From Eledone cirrhosa (Eukaryota), in assembly GCA_964016885.1 (NCBI GenBank), contig OZ024743.1, positions 92,256,001 to 92,320,000 on the forward strand: DNA of 64,000 nucleotides. The letters are read 5' to 3'. Each line of letters begins with the position of its first letter. Position 1 is the stretch's first letter. Under the pieces are notes generated by a model. The model was not told where the DNA came from. It ran no database searches and worked only from the letters and a program-made list of their open reading frames with translations. The translations under genes and the position numbers were made by a program. Below, piece by piece: positions 1 to 12,290 of the stretch.

Positions 1-105
1 CTCCAAACCACACTCCACCACACCACACTTCACTACATTGCACCACACTACACTCTACCACACCACACTACACTCTACCACACCACACTACACTCCACCA
101 CGCCA
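1..105. repeat. Degenerate (CCACA/CTACA)n pentanucleotide low-complexity repeat
   Basis: Reiterated ccacac/ctacac/ctccac units. Confidence 0.7.
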
Positions 106-505
106 TATCTCCACCTCCATGTTTTTTTTCTTTCTGGTAATGAGATTAATCTCTTTAAGTATGGTGATTCCCAGGCTTCTGATGAAAAGAAAATATATAA
201 AAATAAACAAATAAAAGAATGAAAGAGAAAGAAAGAAAGGATGAAAGAGAAATGGAACATCTAATATAAAATTTATCATTTTACTTTAACCTTTTTGTAA
301 GGAGCCCAGCTGAAATCTCCCTGATTTTATGATACAAATTTGCCCATTTATGAAAATTTGTACTTATATTGAAACCTTCTATCGTAATTTTATTAAAGAA
401 CCTTTAAGTTATGTTCCAAACATCTGCATACTAATGAAAAAGTTAAATTCATCCAGATTTAAAAAAATATATATTTAAAAAATCATTTGAAACACTTAAG
501 CAGTC

Positions 506-1820
506 TTTCATTGGAAATATGGTAAAGAAAGGGTTGATGACATAGGCAGTGTTTTCATTGGAAATATGGTAAAGAAAGGGTTGATGACATAAACAGTGTT
601 GTTCATTGGAAATATGGTAAAGAAAGGGTTGATGACATAGGCAGTGTTGTTCATTAGAAATATGGTAAAGAAAGGGTTGATGACATAGACAGTGTTGTTC
701 ATTAGAAATATGGTAAAGAAAGGGTTGATGACATAGACAGTGTTGTTCATTAGAAATATGGTAAAGAAAGGGTTAATGACATAAACAGTGTTTTTCATTG
801 GAAATATGGTAAAGAAAGGGTTGATGACATAGACAGTGTTTTTCATTGGAAATATGGTAAAGAAAGGGTTGATGACATAAACAGTGTTTTTCATTGGAAA
901 TATGGTAAAGAAAGGGTTGATGACATAGGCAGTGTTGTTCATTAGAAATATGGTAAAGAAAGGGTTGATGACATAGGCAGTGTTGTTCATTGGAAATATG
1001 GTAAAGAAAGGGTTGATGACATAGACAGTGTTGTTCATTGGAAATATGGTAAAGAAAGGGTTGATGACATAGGCAGTGTTTTTCATTGGAAATATGGTAA
1101 AGAAAGGGTTGATGACATAGGCAGTGTTGTTCATTGGAAATATGGTAAAGAAAGGGTTGATGACATAGGCAGTGTTGTTCATTGGAAATATGGTAAAGAA
1201 AGGGTTGATGACATAGACAGTGTTGTTCATTAGAAATATGGCAAAGAAAGGGTTGATGACATAGGCAGTGTTGTTCATTGGAAATATGGTAAAGAAAGGG
1301 TTGATGACATAAACAGTGTCTTTCATTAGAAATATGGTAAAGAAAGGGTTGATGACATAGACAGTGTTGTTCATTAGAAATATGGTAAAGAAAGGGTTGA
1401 TGACATAAACAGTGTTGTTCATTAGAAATATGGTAAAGAAAGGGTTGATGACATTGACAGTGTTGTTCATTAGAAATATGGTAAAGAAAGGGTTGATGAC
1501 ATAGGCAGTGTTGTTCATTAGAAATATGGTAAAGAAAGGGTTGATGACATAGGCAGTGTTGTTCATTGGAAATATGGTAAAGAAAGGGTTGATGACATAG
1601 GCAGTGTTGTTCATTGGAAATATGGTAAAGAAAGGGTTGATGACATAGGCAGTGTTTTTCATTAAAAATATAGTAACGGAAGTGTTAAAGTTATAAGCAG
1701 TGTTTTTCATTAAAAATATAATTAAAAGGTTAGACATAAGCAGTATGTTTCATTGGAAATATGGTAATGAAAGGGTTAAAGACATAGACAGTGTCTTTCA
1801 TTAGAAATATGGTAACATTT
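506..1820. repeat. 48-bp minisatellite, about 27 units, degenerate at the right end
   Basis: Unit GTTCATTGGAAATATGGTAAAGAAAGGGTTGATGACATAGGCAGTGTT; it accounts for the 16-aa periodic ORF 508..1737(-). Confidence 0.95.
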
Positions 1821-2425
1821 AGATACCTGTTGTGTTGTTTTATTTTGTTGTTTTTTTTTGCCTACTGTAGTACAGTGGAAGAAATAAAAAAAAGTCAATA
1901 TCTAAATATTATATTAGTCATTATACTGACTAATATACTATTGGGTCTGGTTTATATGATTGAGATGGGAAATTGAATTAACCGCTATAATATTCAGTGA
2001 GACAGGTGTGGGATTATCTGTCTCCTGTCTCCCCCAGCCATGATGTACACTCCCCTCCCCCCATATATACCCACTCCCCTATATTGCCATCTTCTATCTT
2101 CAGTGTCTTTCTCTGCCTTCCCACCTGTATACATAGACATACTACTGCAGGTAATTAAAGAGGGGTTTATATCTCCAAGGTGTTTTGTAAGAACAAAAGA
2201 GAAATCCACCTTCTTGATCAGCTGGAGTATTATACTACTACTACCATCACCACTACTGCTACTATTACTACCACCGCTACTACTACAACTTCTACTACTA
2301 AACATAACTGAGCAATAGCGTTCACGTGATACAGAAATGTTCATAATCATCTATTCAGTCAACGAACATATGTGTGTATTTGTCATGTTAAGTAATTGCC
2401 GGATTTTATGACGTTTGTGTGTGTG

Positions 2426-2457
<32 letters not shown>

Positions 2458-2526
2458 AAATTATAAAATGATATATATATATATATATATTTTTAATTTA
2501 TATATATATATATATATATATATGTA

Positions 2527-2843
2527 TAGTTGCCCCCCCCCCCCCTCCGGTATTCGCAGGCGTTACGTTCCTAGAGAACTAGCGAAGAGTGAAAAACCGC
2601 GAATATATGACGTGGCCCATAAAAATGCCTATAAACGTCAAAACAACGTAAAATGTAGGCCGACAAATACGATATATTGTTATTAATAATTTAGCGTTAA
2701 AAAGGGAAATATATATTGCCACGTAAAAAAGCGTTAAAAAATTGCGGATGATATTTACGATTTTGCGAATATGCGGTGATTTCCACGAATAATTATTAGA
2801 CAGGTTCTAAGGAAAATTTCCTCGAATGCCGAGGGTACACTGT
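2527..2843 (-). mobile_element. pogo/Tigger-like non-autonomous DNA element (MITE)
   Basis: Right end reads CAGTGTACCCTCGGCATTCG on the - strand; degenerate left end (TAGTTGCCCC...CGGTATTCG); TA-repeat flanks. Confidence 0.6.
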
Positions 2844-2915
2844 ATATATTTATATATATGAGATTACACACCTACACTATACATATAAAAATATATATGC
2901 TCTATATACCTGTTT

Positions 2916-3112
2916 AGAACAAAAAAACACTACCTAAGGTTTCAAGATCCATTTCTAACCATATTGTGCACGATGGTGTAGAGTGGAAGAGCGATCAAAT
3001 GCCTGAAGACTAAGTCGCAAATTTGATTGATTTGCACTCTGCACTATTTTGCACAATCTGGGGAGATGGTCATAATTGGACCTTGAAACCTTAGGTAGGG
3101 TTTTTTTGTTCT
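2916..3112. repeat. Imperfect palindrome, probable inverted pair of Penelope-like terminal-repeat fragments
   Basis: AGAACAAAAAAACACTACCTAAGGTTTCAAGATCCA is reverse-complementary to TGGACCTTGAAACCTTAGGTAGGGTTTTTTTGTTCT; the right arm has a degenerate hammerhead-like GGTC..GACC-TT-GAAACCTTAGGTA. Confidence 0.6.
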
Positions 3113-3230
3113 GTGTATGAACATAAATAAATATATTTATATATATATGTGTGTGTGTGGATCCCGAGTTAAATCAGGGATAACTACAGTAAATAAGGTA
3201 CTCAATACATTAGTAGAGTGTAGACATCAT

Positions 3231-3415
3231 TGGATTGGCAGTATCGGTAAGGGTCGGATGCCATGCTTTGAATCATAGAGTTACCTCCCTTTATGATCTG
3301 AGTTCAAATCCCGCCGAGGTTAACTTTGCCTTTCATCCTTACGGGGTCGATAAAATAAAGTGCCAGTAATGCACTGGAATATTTACTGGCCTTGTGCCAA
3401 AAGTAGAAACAATTA
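3231..3415 (+). mobile_element. tRNA-derived SINE, family A
   Basis: A box TGGCAGTATCGG, B box GAGTTCAAATCC, body CTTTGCCTTTCATCCTTACGGGGTCGATAAAATAAAG, tail GTAGAAACAATTATT; more than 12 copies in the window. Confidence 0.85.
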
Positions 3416-3707
3416 TTTAATATATATATATATATATGTCATTAAATAATATATAAATGACACAGGGGTCATTAACCCTTATAAAATACACAGTACTTAG
3501 CTGGTGTCCTTACCCCTTATAAAATACATAGTATTTAGTAGGGGTCATTGACCCTTTTAAAAGACAGTATTTAGAAGGAGTCACTGACCCTTATATAAAA
3601 AAACAAAGTTATTAAGGAACATGAAAGACAAAAACCGTAGAAACATATTAGCCCCAGGATATATTATAACAGAACTTCACTGTAGTAAAAGGTCTCTATG
3701 TGGTTAC

Positions 3708-4022
3708 TGAACATACCTGAAATAGCAGCACAGTTACCCTCATATCACATTGAACATGTTTGAAGCAATAGCTAAATAACCCTCATATCACAGTGAACAT
3801 GCTTTAAATAGCAGCTAAATTACCCTCATATCACACTGAACATGCTTGAAATAGCAGATAAATTACCCTCATGTCACACTGAACATATTTGAAATAGCAG
3901 CTAAATCACCCTTGTATCAGAGTGAACATGCTGGAAATAGCAGCGCATAGAAGCTAAATCACCCTCATATCACTCTGAACATGCTTGAAATAGCAGCTAA
4001 ATTAACCTCATATCACACTGAA
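3708..4022. repeat. About 43-bp tandem repeat, about 7 diverged units
   Basis: Unit GAACATGCTTGAAATAGCAGCTAAATTACCCTCATATCACACT. Confidence 0.85.
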
Positions 4023-5172
4023 TTATCTTCAAAGGAAAGAACATGCTAGATATACTCTGCCTGGAAATGAAAGTAAAAAAAATGGATGGAATGGTCACAA
4101 ATGGAGTGATTTTCATTACAGATCCCTGTAGCTTCTTCTTTTTCTTCTTTTTGGAGGACTATGTCTTGCTTACACGTTCCATATTTGGCATGGTTTCTAT
4201 TGCTGGCTGCTTTTCTTAATGCCAATGACTTTACATTTTGTTGTCACACCAGCCACATTACTGCTTTACAGAGTGTACTGGGTGCAGTATATCGTGGCAA
4301 CAGCATTAAAGAAGTTGTTGTGTACTCAGCAAGCCTGAAGAGTCCTCTCTACTCTGTTGTCTCTGTCCAATCGCCAACCACAGAGTGAATTGAGTGCTTT
4401 TATCATGGTGCCCACAATAGAGACGTTGTCAGATCAAATGCATATTATTATTTGTTTTACAGTGTCTTTTATTTAACAAGAAGTTGTTACAACTTATATA
4501 CAAGAAATATGGAGACCTAATGGAGCTCTCCAATACACTCTGAAGTTCCTAATATCTCCTTTGAGAATAATTAGATTATTTGAAATATATTGGGAATAAT
4601 GAATATCATCATGGTAACATCTAGATTCTCTCATTTCTCGTTTTTCCTGCCCTTCCTTCCATCCATTCTTACTTTTCTCATTCTTTGTTAGCCATCATTT
4701 CAATGTTTACAGTTCCATTTACATTGCAATAACTTCTCAAACCTACCCACCTTTCATATTCCACAATTAGTCCAGTTCCTTGTGTATTTTCGTTCAAATT
4801 TTTTGGAGATTTACTAAACTATACATTTTTGGAAACGTTAGGATGTATTGAACACAAAAATCAATGTTGCCATTTTTTTAGGGTTCCGAACATGGCCGTC
4901 TTAGGGCTTCAAAATGGCGACCGTTTGAAATCTAAATTTACCAATATATCCACTTCCAAGCCATGTAGCCTTTTACTTTCAGTGGCTAAACTTACATTTT
5001 AAGGGGCCAGAAGTCTAGAGAAATTGACTACAATCACTTACGTTTAACATGAAGAAAGATTTTTTAAATAAAAATACCAATTTTAATGACAAAACTGCAA
5101 ACACCACATGCAAATATGATATTTCTTCCCTGGATCCACTCATAATCAGGATATCGAAGCACGAGTCAAACA

Positions 5173-7372
5173 TAATAAAAATAAATTTGTCTTCACGTAC
5201 ACTTTATTTTAATACATAAAACAAATAAAAATAAATTTGTCTTCATGTACACTTTATTTTAATACATAAAACAAATAAAAATAAATTTGTCTTCATGTAC
5301 ACTTTATTTTAATACATAAAACAAATAAAAATAAATTTGTCTTCATGTACACTTTATTTTAATACATAAAACAAATAAAAATAAATTTGTCTTCACGTAC
5401 ACTTTATTTTAATACATAAAACAAATAAAAATAAATTTGTCTTCACGTACACTTTATTTTAATACATAAAACAAATAAAACTAAATTTGTCTTCACGTAC
5501 ACTTTATTTTAATACATAAAACAAATAAAAATAAATTTGTCTTCACGTACACTTTATTTTAATACATAAAACAAATAAAAATAAATTTGTCTTCACGTAC
5601 ACTTTATTTTAATACATAAAACAAATAAAAATAAATTTGTCTTCACGTACACTTTATTTTAATACATAAAACAAATAAAAATAAATTTGTCTTCACGTAC
5701 ACTTTATTTTAATACATAAAACAAATAAAAATAAATTTGTCTTCACGTACACTTTATTTTAATACATAAAACAAATAAAAATAAATTTGTCTTCATGTAC
5801 ACTTTATTTTAATACATAAAACAAATAAAAATAAATTTGTCTTCATGTACACTTTATTTTAATACATAAAACAAATAAAAATAAATTTGTCTTCACGTAC
5901 ACTTTATTTTAATACATAAAACAAATAAAAATAAATTTGTCTTCACGTACACTTTATTTTAATACATAAAACAAATAAAACTAAATTTGTCTTCACGTAC
6001 ACTTTATTTTAATACATAAAACAAATAAAACTAAATTTGTCTTCACGTACACTTTATTTTAATACATAAAACAAATAAAACTAAATTTGTCTTCACGTAC
6101 ACTTTATTTTAATACATAAAACAAATAAAACTAAATTTGTCTTCACGTACACTTTATTTTAATACATAAAACAAATAAAACTAAATTTGTCTTCACGTAC
6201 ACTTTATTTTAATACATAAAACAAATAAAACTAAATTTGTCTTCACGTACACTTTATTTTAATACATAAAACAAATAAAACTAAATTTGTCTTCACGTAC
6301 ACTTTATTTTAATACATAAAACAAATAAAACTAAATTTGTCTTCACGTACACTTTATTTTAATACATAAAACAAATAAAACTAAATTTGTCTTCACGTAC
6401 ACTTTATTTTAATACATAAAACAAATAAAACTAAATTTGTCTTCACGTACACTTTATTTTAATACATAAAACAAATAAAACTAAATTTGTCTTCACGTAC
6501 ACTTTATTTTAATACATAAAACAAATAAAACTAAATTTGTCTTCACGTACACTTTATTTTAATACATAAAACAAATAAAACTAAATTTGTCTTCACGTAC
6601 ACTTTATTTTAATACATAAAACAAATAAAACTAAATTTGTCTTCACGTACACTTTATTTTAATACATAAAACAAATAAAACTAAATTTGTCTTCACGTAC
6701 ACTTTATTTTAATACATAAAACAAATAAAACTAAATTTGTCTTCACGTACACTTTATTTTAATACATAAAACAAATAAAACTAAATTTGTCTTCACGTAC
6801 ACTTTATTTTAATACATAAAACAAATAAAACTAAATTTGTCTTCACGTACACTTTATTTTAATACATAAAACAAATAAAACTAAATTTGTCTTCACGTAC
6901 ACTTTATTTTAATACATAAAACAAATAAAACTAAATTTGTCTTCACGTACACTTTATTTTAATACATAAAACAAATAAAACTAAATTTGTCTTCACGTAC
7001 ACTTTATTTTAATACATAAAACAAATAAAACTAAATTTGTCTTCACGTACACTTTATTTTAATACATAAAACAAATAAAACTAAATTTGTCTTCACGTAC
7101 ACTTTATTTTAATACATAAAACAAATAAAACTAAATTTGTCTTCACGTACACTTTATTTTAATACATAAAACAAATAAAACTAAATTTGTCTTCACGTAC
7201 ACTTTATTTTAATACATAAAACAAATAAAACTAAATTTGTCTTCATGTACACTTTATTTTAATACATAAAACAAATAAAAATAAATGTGTCTTCACGTAC
7301 ACTTTATTTTAATACATAAAACAAATAAAAATAAATGTGTCTTCACGTACACTTTATTTTAATACATAAAAT
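5173..7372. repeat. 50-bp minisatellite, about 44 near-identical units, inside the Academ element
   Basis: Unit ACAAATAAAA(A/C)TAAATTTGTCTTCA(C/T)GTACACTTTATTTTAATACATAAA. Confidence 0.97.
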
Positions 7373-7499
7373 AATTAATTCGTGGACACTTTGCTTTTGT
7401 CCATTTCACGATAAAATCAGTCATGACTTTTAACAGGCAGGAATACAAATTTGTGCACACTTTGTTATTGCCACTTTTAGAACGGAATCAGTCATAACC

Positions 7500-9180
7500 A
7501 TGATATCAGTCATCACTCTCACTATCAGTATTACCTGAGTCAAGGTTTTCATAAACTCTTTCCACGTCATTTTCACACTGTATGGTGCACAGGCAAAGGT
7601 CGGTGCACTGCAGATTCTTTGACCTTCAGGAACATCTTTGTGAGGAACAATCTCCCTTGCACTGGCATCTCACCATCTCAATGATGGCTTTAGGTGCTGG
7701 AGGATCATCAGTAGTGGTGGGCTTTAGTTGGCCATCATCTCCCTTGTAGTAGCCGTTCTGCATTGGATCCAGTGGAACTTGCTGGAGAGTGCTTGCCTGG
7801 CCCCAAACTCGTGCTTGCACATGTACCCTTAAGATGTGCTACTTGAGGGCACCAACTGTAGGTGTTAACTTGTCACTCTCTGACATGTATTTACAGAACA
7901 GGTACCATCGCAACTCTGGAATACTTTTGATTTGGATTCCCTTTGGACTGTAGGCAGGACACACAAAACTTTGCAAGCTGGTCAGAAGTTCTTCATTCAC
8001 TTCAGTATCATCAGACAGCTTTTTCAGAGCGTCAATGGTGTTATCGTCAGCTTCAAGGAAGATTTTGAACCATGTGGCCTTTCCTACTCTAGCAAACCTT
8101 CCCGTATTATTGGCGCCAGAGAAGGCATGGAATGCAGGTAAAGCCTTCACCTTTGCTGGGCCTAGGACGTCCCAGAATGGCTGGATCTTTAGAACACTTG
8201 ATGCCATGGAGATGGAGGTGTGCCTAGGTAACAAATCATAGTTGGCAATTACCAGAACCAGGACATCTGTGTCAGGTGAGAAAAAAGTTAGTTGCAGGTT
8301 TCGCCTTGTTGAAGATACTGCAAGGCATATCATCAGTGTGTCAGCTTCCTCGTGGTTGTTTTCACTGAAAGGTTCCAAATCCTTGTTGCTCCTGGTTTGG
8401 CCAGATGCTGAAGTGATGACAAGCTTGGAGGAATATTTGCTGTAGTCTTTTCTACCAAGTACTTGGTCAAATCAGCCTTCATCTTTTCATGTGACAGGAA
8501 TCTGCTCATGGTTATGTGCTTGATGCTCATCTCATCTCTGACTTGATACTCGACTGGCATCTCTTCTGCCTGGTTGCATTCTTCAAGGAATCGGTCTTAT
8601 ATGTGTCAAACACGAGAATTATTTCGTCAAAGTTCTGCGTGAGGTTCATTAGTCTTTCATAGAAACGTTGGCTTAGATCTCTCATTGTAACCATGGTAGC
8701 TGGTTTCTTAGTCAGCTTCTGAATAAGCACCATTCCATCTACCACCGCAACCCTCCTGTTGTGATTGAGATTGTCCTTTTCAGTGGCTTGCAGTGAATCG
8801 CCTTGTGCTGTTTTCTCTGATGCTATCTGCTCAAGGAGATGAATGAGTTTGGACTTGTGAGTGCATGGCAACACTGACACATTTGGGGCAAAGAGTGCTC
8901 TTGGTGTCAAGGTGAACTCGTAATTGCTAATTGCTTCTTTCTGGTTCACGTCTCGGTCTGACCTGGCAAGAACCATAAGTCTGCCATACAAATCTTTGAT
9001 TTCCTTCATGTCAATAGTTTTGTCACGAACCTTTACAGCATGTCTCTTGTTGCCAGATGTGAACATCTCGTTGTGTTGTCTCTTCACTGGTGCCCAAAGG
9101 CTGACGTCCCCATTGATCCGTTCAGCAACATATTCCTCATACAGCTTTTGTCCAGTGTCATCCAGTGTCATGCATGAGTT
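7500..9180 (-). pseudogene. Academ transposase C-terminal half: XPG-like nuclease plus CXC Cys cluster, frameshifted
   Basis: VAVVDGMVLIQ...ILVFDTY...K; NHEEADT; SPDTDVLVL; FHAFSGANNTG...GK; CQCKGDCSSQRCS*RSKNLQCTDLCLCTIQCEN; split over four ORFs. Confidence 0.85.
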
Positions 9181-10164
9181 ATCAAGTTGTAGTTGGAATT
9201 TGAGATACTGTTGAAAAAGTTTATCAGTAGTCATCATTTTGAAATTCCAAGATGGCCACCACAGACACCTTGAAAAAAATGACAACATTGGTTTTTGGAT
9301 TCAGTATGTCCTAAGGTTTTCGAAAATGTATAGTTTTGCTAATCTCCAAGAAATCTGAACGAAAGTACCAATCGTTACATTATGAACTTGACTAAATGCC
9401 CCAAGTAAACTATAACACTCCCATGTATATATATATATATATACATGCACATATACATGCATACATACATTCGCGTGAATGTATGTATGCATGTATATGT
9501 GCATGTATATATATATACATGCATATATACATGCATACATACATATACACATACATACATGTATGCATATATACAAATGCATACATGGATGCATACAATT
9601 ACATACACACACACATACAACGATAGATATTTTGAAAATAATTAAGAATATAGAGGGATTTAATGATATAACTAACTTACTCATCATTAGGCTTGTGCTT
9701 AGAATACAGATTAAATGGAATTATGATGGAAGATTTTTTTTTATAAATACAAACACTTTAAAACAAACCGTTTTGTGCTGGAGAGCCAGCAGGTGGATTT
9801 CACAGATTTACAGCTTGACATCCAAACATCATTTCAGACAAGGAATATAATTGTTTCCAACAAGCTATGCAAGGTATTTGTTCCAATTCAAATCTTGCTG
9901 AGGTGAACTCTGCCATTCATCCTTTTCGGGGTTCTCTAAAATAAAGTACCTGTCGAGGGCAGCAGATTGGTAGAATTATTATTAGGGGGTCATTAAACTA
10001 AAGTACCAGTTGAGGATGGGGGATTGATAGGGTTGTTATTAGGGTTCACTAACCTATTTGTACAGATGGGAGCAGTGATCTCTCAACGTGGAGAAATATC
10101 AGCTCTACTTGGAGTAGATATGTACCCTTTACAGTAATGTTACTCCCTAAACCCTTCAAAACAG

Positions 10165-10392
10165 TATCTTTTTTCATGAATGATGGAAGGCAGGAGGCTG
10201 AATTAAATGCAAGATAGCTTCTGCTGGTGTAGTAATGTGCTAGCTTCAGCATTCTGTCATCAGATGGAAGGAGATTGGTGTAAAACCCAAATACACTATC
10301 TTTGATTTGGTGTCATATCTCTCTTACCTATGGTCATGAAACTTGGGTAATGACCAAAAGAATACAATTGTGAATACAAGTGGCCTCCAGGT
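10165..10392 (+). mobile_element. Old RTE-clade LINE fragment (Rex3/Expander-like)
   Basis: Translates to DGRQEAELNAR...LTYGHETWVMTKRIQ with stops. Confidence 0.55.
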
Positions 10393-10471
10393 ATAACTTT
10401 ATCATATGTGTGTGGAGGGGGGACATGTGTATCATCATCATCATCATCACTGTTTGTATATATGTATATAT

Positions 10472-11082
10472 ATCATCATCATCATTTTATATCTGTTGTT
10501 CTACAAGTGCATGGGTTGGACAGGTCCTTCTCAGTACAGCATCTCTCCACTTGTCACGTTCCTTTGTCATCTTTTACATGAGCTTTAGCTATCTGAGATC
10601 AGGTTTCACCACTTCCATCCAGGTTTTCCTTGGTCTTCCTCTACTGCAGCTTCCTTCCACTGGGATTATTTTGCACTACTTCACCCAGTGATCATCATCC
10701 ATGTGGATCACATGTCCATACCAACCCAGTCTGCTCTCCTGCATTCTACTACTGATTGTTCTTATAACCAGTTTCCCCTCAGTTCATCCATGCTTAATCA
10801 TTCTTGCACTTTAACATTGCACATTCATTGAAGCATGCTTGCCTCATTTCTCTCCAGCTTCTGCAGTCACCACCCATGTCTTACTACCATGCAGCATAGT
10901 ATTTTGCACACAGGTGCCATACAGCCTACTTTTCATTTGCAAAGAGAAACCTTTAGTTTTTAGCGGGGGTAGCAGTTCCCTAAATTTCTTCCATCATGTC
11001 CTTATTCTAGCTTCTTATGCTCTCCAAGTAACCTCCTATACTCTTAAATATATCACCTAGGTAGCAGAAACTATCAACCATT
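10472..11082 (-). mobile_element. Decayed RTE LINE 3' fragment
   Basis: Antisense similarity to the RTE ORF at 39253-40176; (GAT)n tail at the left end. Confidence 0.75.
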
Positions 11083-11096
11083 TGGAAAAATATTAT

Positions 11097-11995
11097 ATTA
11101 TTTATTTTTATCTTTATTCTTGGAGTCTCAGTCTTTGATGTTATTTAACTGGAAAGTTTGATGAAATGAATATCAAGCCGCTACCTGCAGCCTCAGATAT
11201 TCAGGACGTATCGGAGGATGCTTGCTGTTCCCAGCATGCCTTTTGAAGTGTTTCAAAAAGGGGGCTGGACTAATCTTCTTTAACCATCCTTAAAAACTCT
11301 TCGAGATAGTACCTAGTGCTCCTATGACAATCGGGATGACCTTGATTTCATGACAGTCCCAAATCCTTTTTACCTCCCACTTTAAATCCTGGTATCAGTT
11401 AATTTTCTCCTTCTCCTTTTCTTGCATTCATGTGTCAAAGAGGCAGGCTACATCTACAATCAGGCATGATCTTTTTTCCTTATCAAAAACCACCTGGTCA
11501 GGCCTTTTGTGTTCTAATTTCTTGTCCGTCTGTATCCTGAAATCCCATAGCACCTTCACCTGATCGTTTTCTATCACCGACTCTGGCTTATGCTCATACC
11601 ACTTCTCCGAATGTGGTAAATTATTTACTTTGCATTGATGCCAGTGAATCACTCTGCCTATCACATCATGTCTCCAGCCTTTATAGTGAGTCTGGGCTAG
11701 GTGTTTACACTCGGATACAATGTGAGCCATAGTCTCCTCTCTCTCTCCACAGACCCTACAGAGTGAGCTAGCCTCCTCCTTGTCAATATGGTGTTTCACC
11801 CACTTTGTTCTGAGGGCTTGCTCTTGTGCAGTCATTAGCATTCCTTCTGTAGCTTTTTTAAGGTCTCCTCTTTTTAACCAGCTCCATGTCTGTGGATCTC
11901 TGAATTCCATTTTCTTAAAGAAGGTGCTATGAAGGGATTTTCCATCAAGGTTGCTCTTCCTCTTTGTTTGTTGTTACTTCCTCCTTGGACATCCC
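11097..11995 (-). mobile_element. R4/Dong-type RLE non-LTR retrotransposon, 3' fragment
   Basis: ORF 11428..11910: LKKATEGMLMTAQEQAL, CRVC...ETMAHIVSEC (CCHC), RHD, KRPD..D restriction-like endonuclease motifs. Confidence 0.85.
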
Positions 11996-12290
11996 CTGGT
12001 CTATTGTCGTTTTCAGTACAACTTTATTGGAAAACTGGGAGAGGACACTTGCCCTGGTGGTCAGGGTCACCGAGGTTTTTGGGGTTTCTCCGCGAGTGAC
12101 CGCGGAGGTCTCCGCCCTATTGGGAAATTTCTTGTTTTTATATTTTTTATTACTTTCTTTGTTCTTGTTTTTTTTTCTTTACACACAGAAATGCCCATTT
12201 GTACCGTCCTGTAAAGTCCTGTGCTATCCTTAATGTTATACTTTATTTCAACCCTTGTGGTTAATAAAGAAAGCATTATTATTATTATTT
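11995..12290 (+). mobile_element. Short LINE-like 3' end with AATAAA and (ATT)n tail
   Basis: Ends CCCTTGTGGTTAATAAAGAAAGCATTATTATT; related copies on the - strand at about 34370, 34820 and 35415, all next to (TAA)n. Confidence 0.55.

Larger units (their letters stand above)
4768..9394 (-). mobile_element. Academ-superfamily (XPG+CXC, AcademX-type) DNA transposon, internally deleted
   Basis: Termini TAGTCCAGTTC...GAACTTGACTA, about 150-bp imperfect TIRs (4768-4925 vs 9230-9394), flanked by a 3-bp direct repeat AAT; internal - strand ORF remnants with XPG/FEN1-like and Cys-rich motifs. Confidence 0.85.

Noticed and set aside
508-1737. 409-aa ORF of 16-aa repeats
   Set aside because: It is the stop-free frame of a 48-bp minisatellite derived from a dispersed repeat; no splice or domain support
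3231-3320. tRNA gene suggested by A/B boxes
   Set aside because: No cloverleaf; it is the head of a multi-copy SINE
5173-7372. CRISPR-like regular array
   Set aside because: Units are contiguous with no unique spacers; no cas genes; eukaryotic context
7839-8378. Host XPG/FEN1 gene
   Set aside because: Intronless, frameshifted and enclosed by TIRs with a TSD, so it is transposon-derived
9301-9850. Cluster of Cys/His/Tyr-rich ORFs (also 18698-19069, 42340-42647, 50218-50794)
   Set aside because: Translations of TA/TG/CA microsatellites
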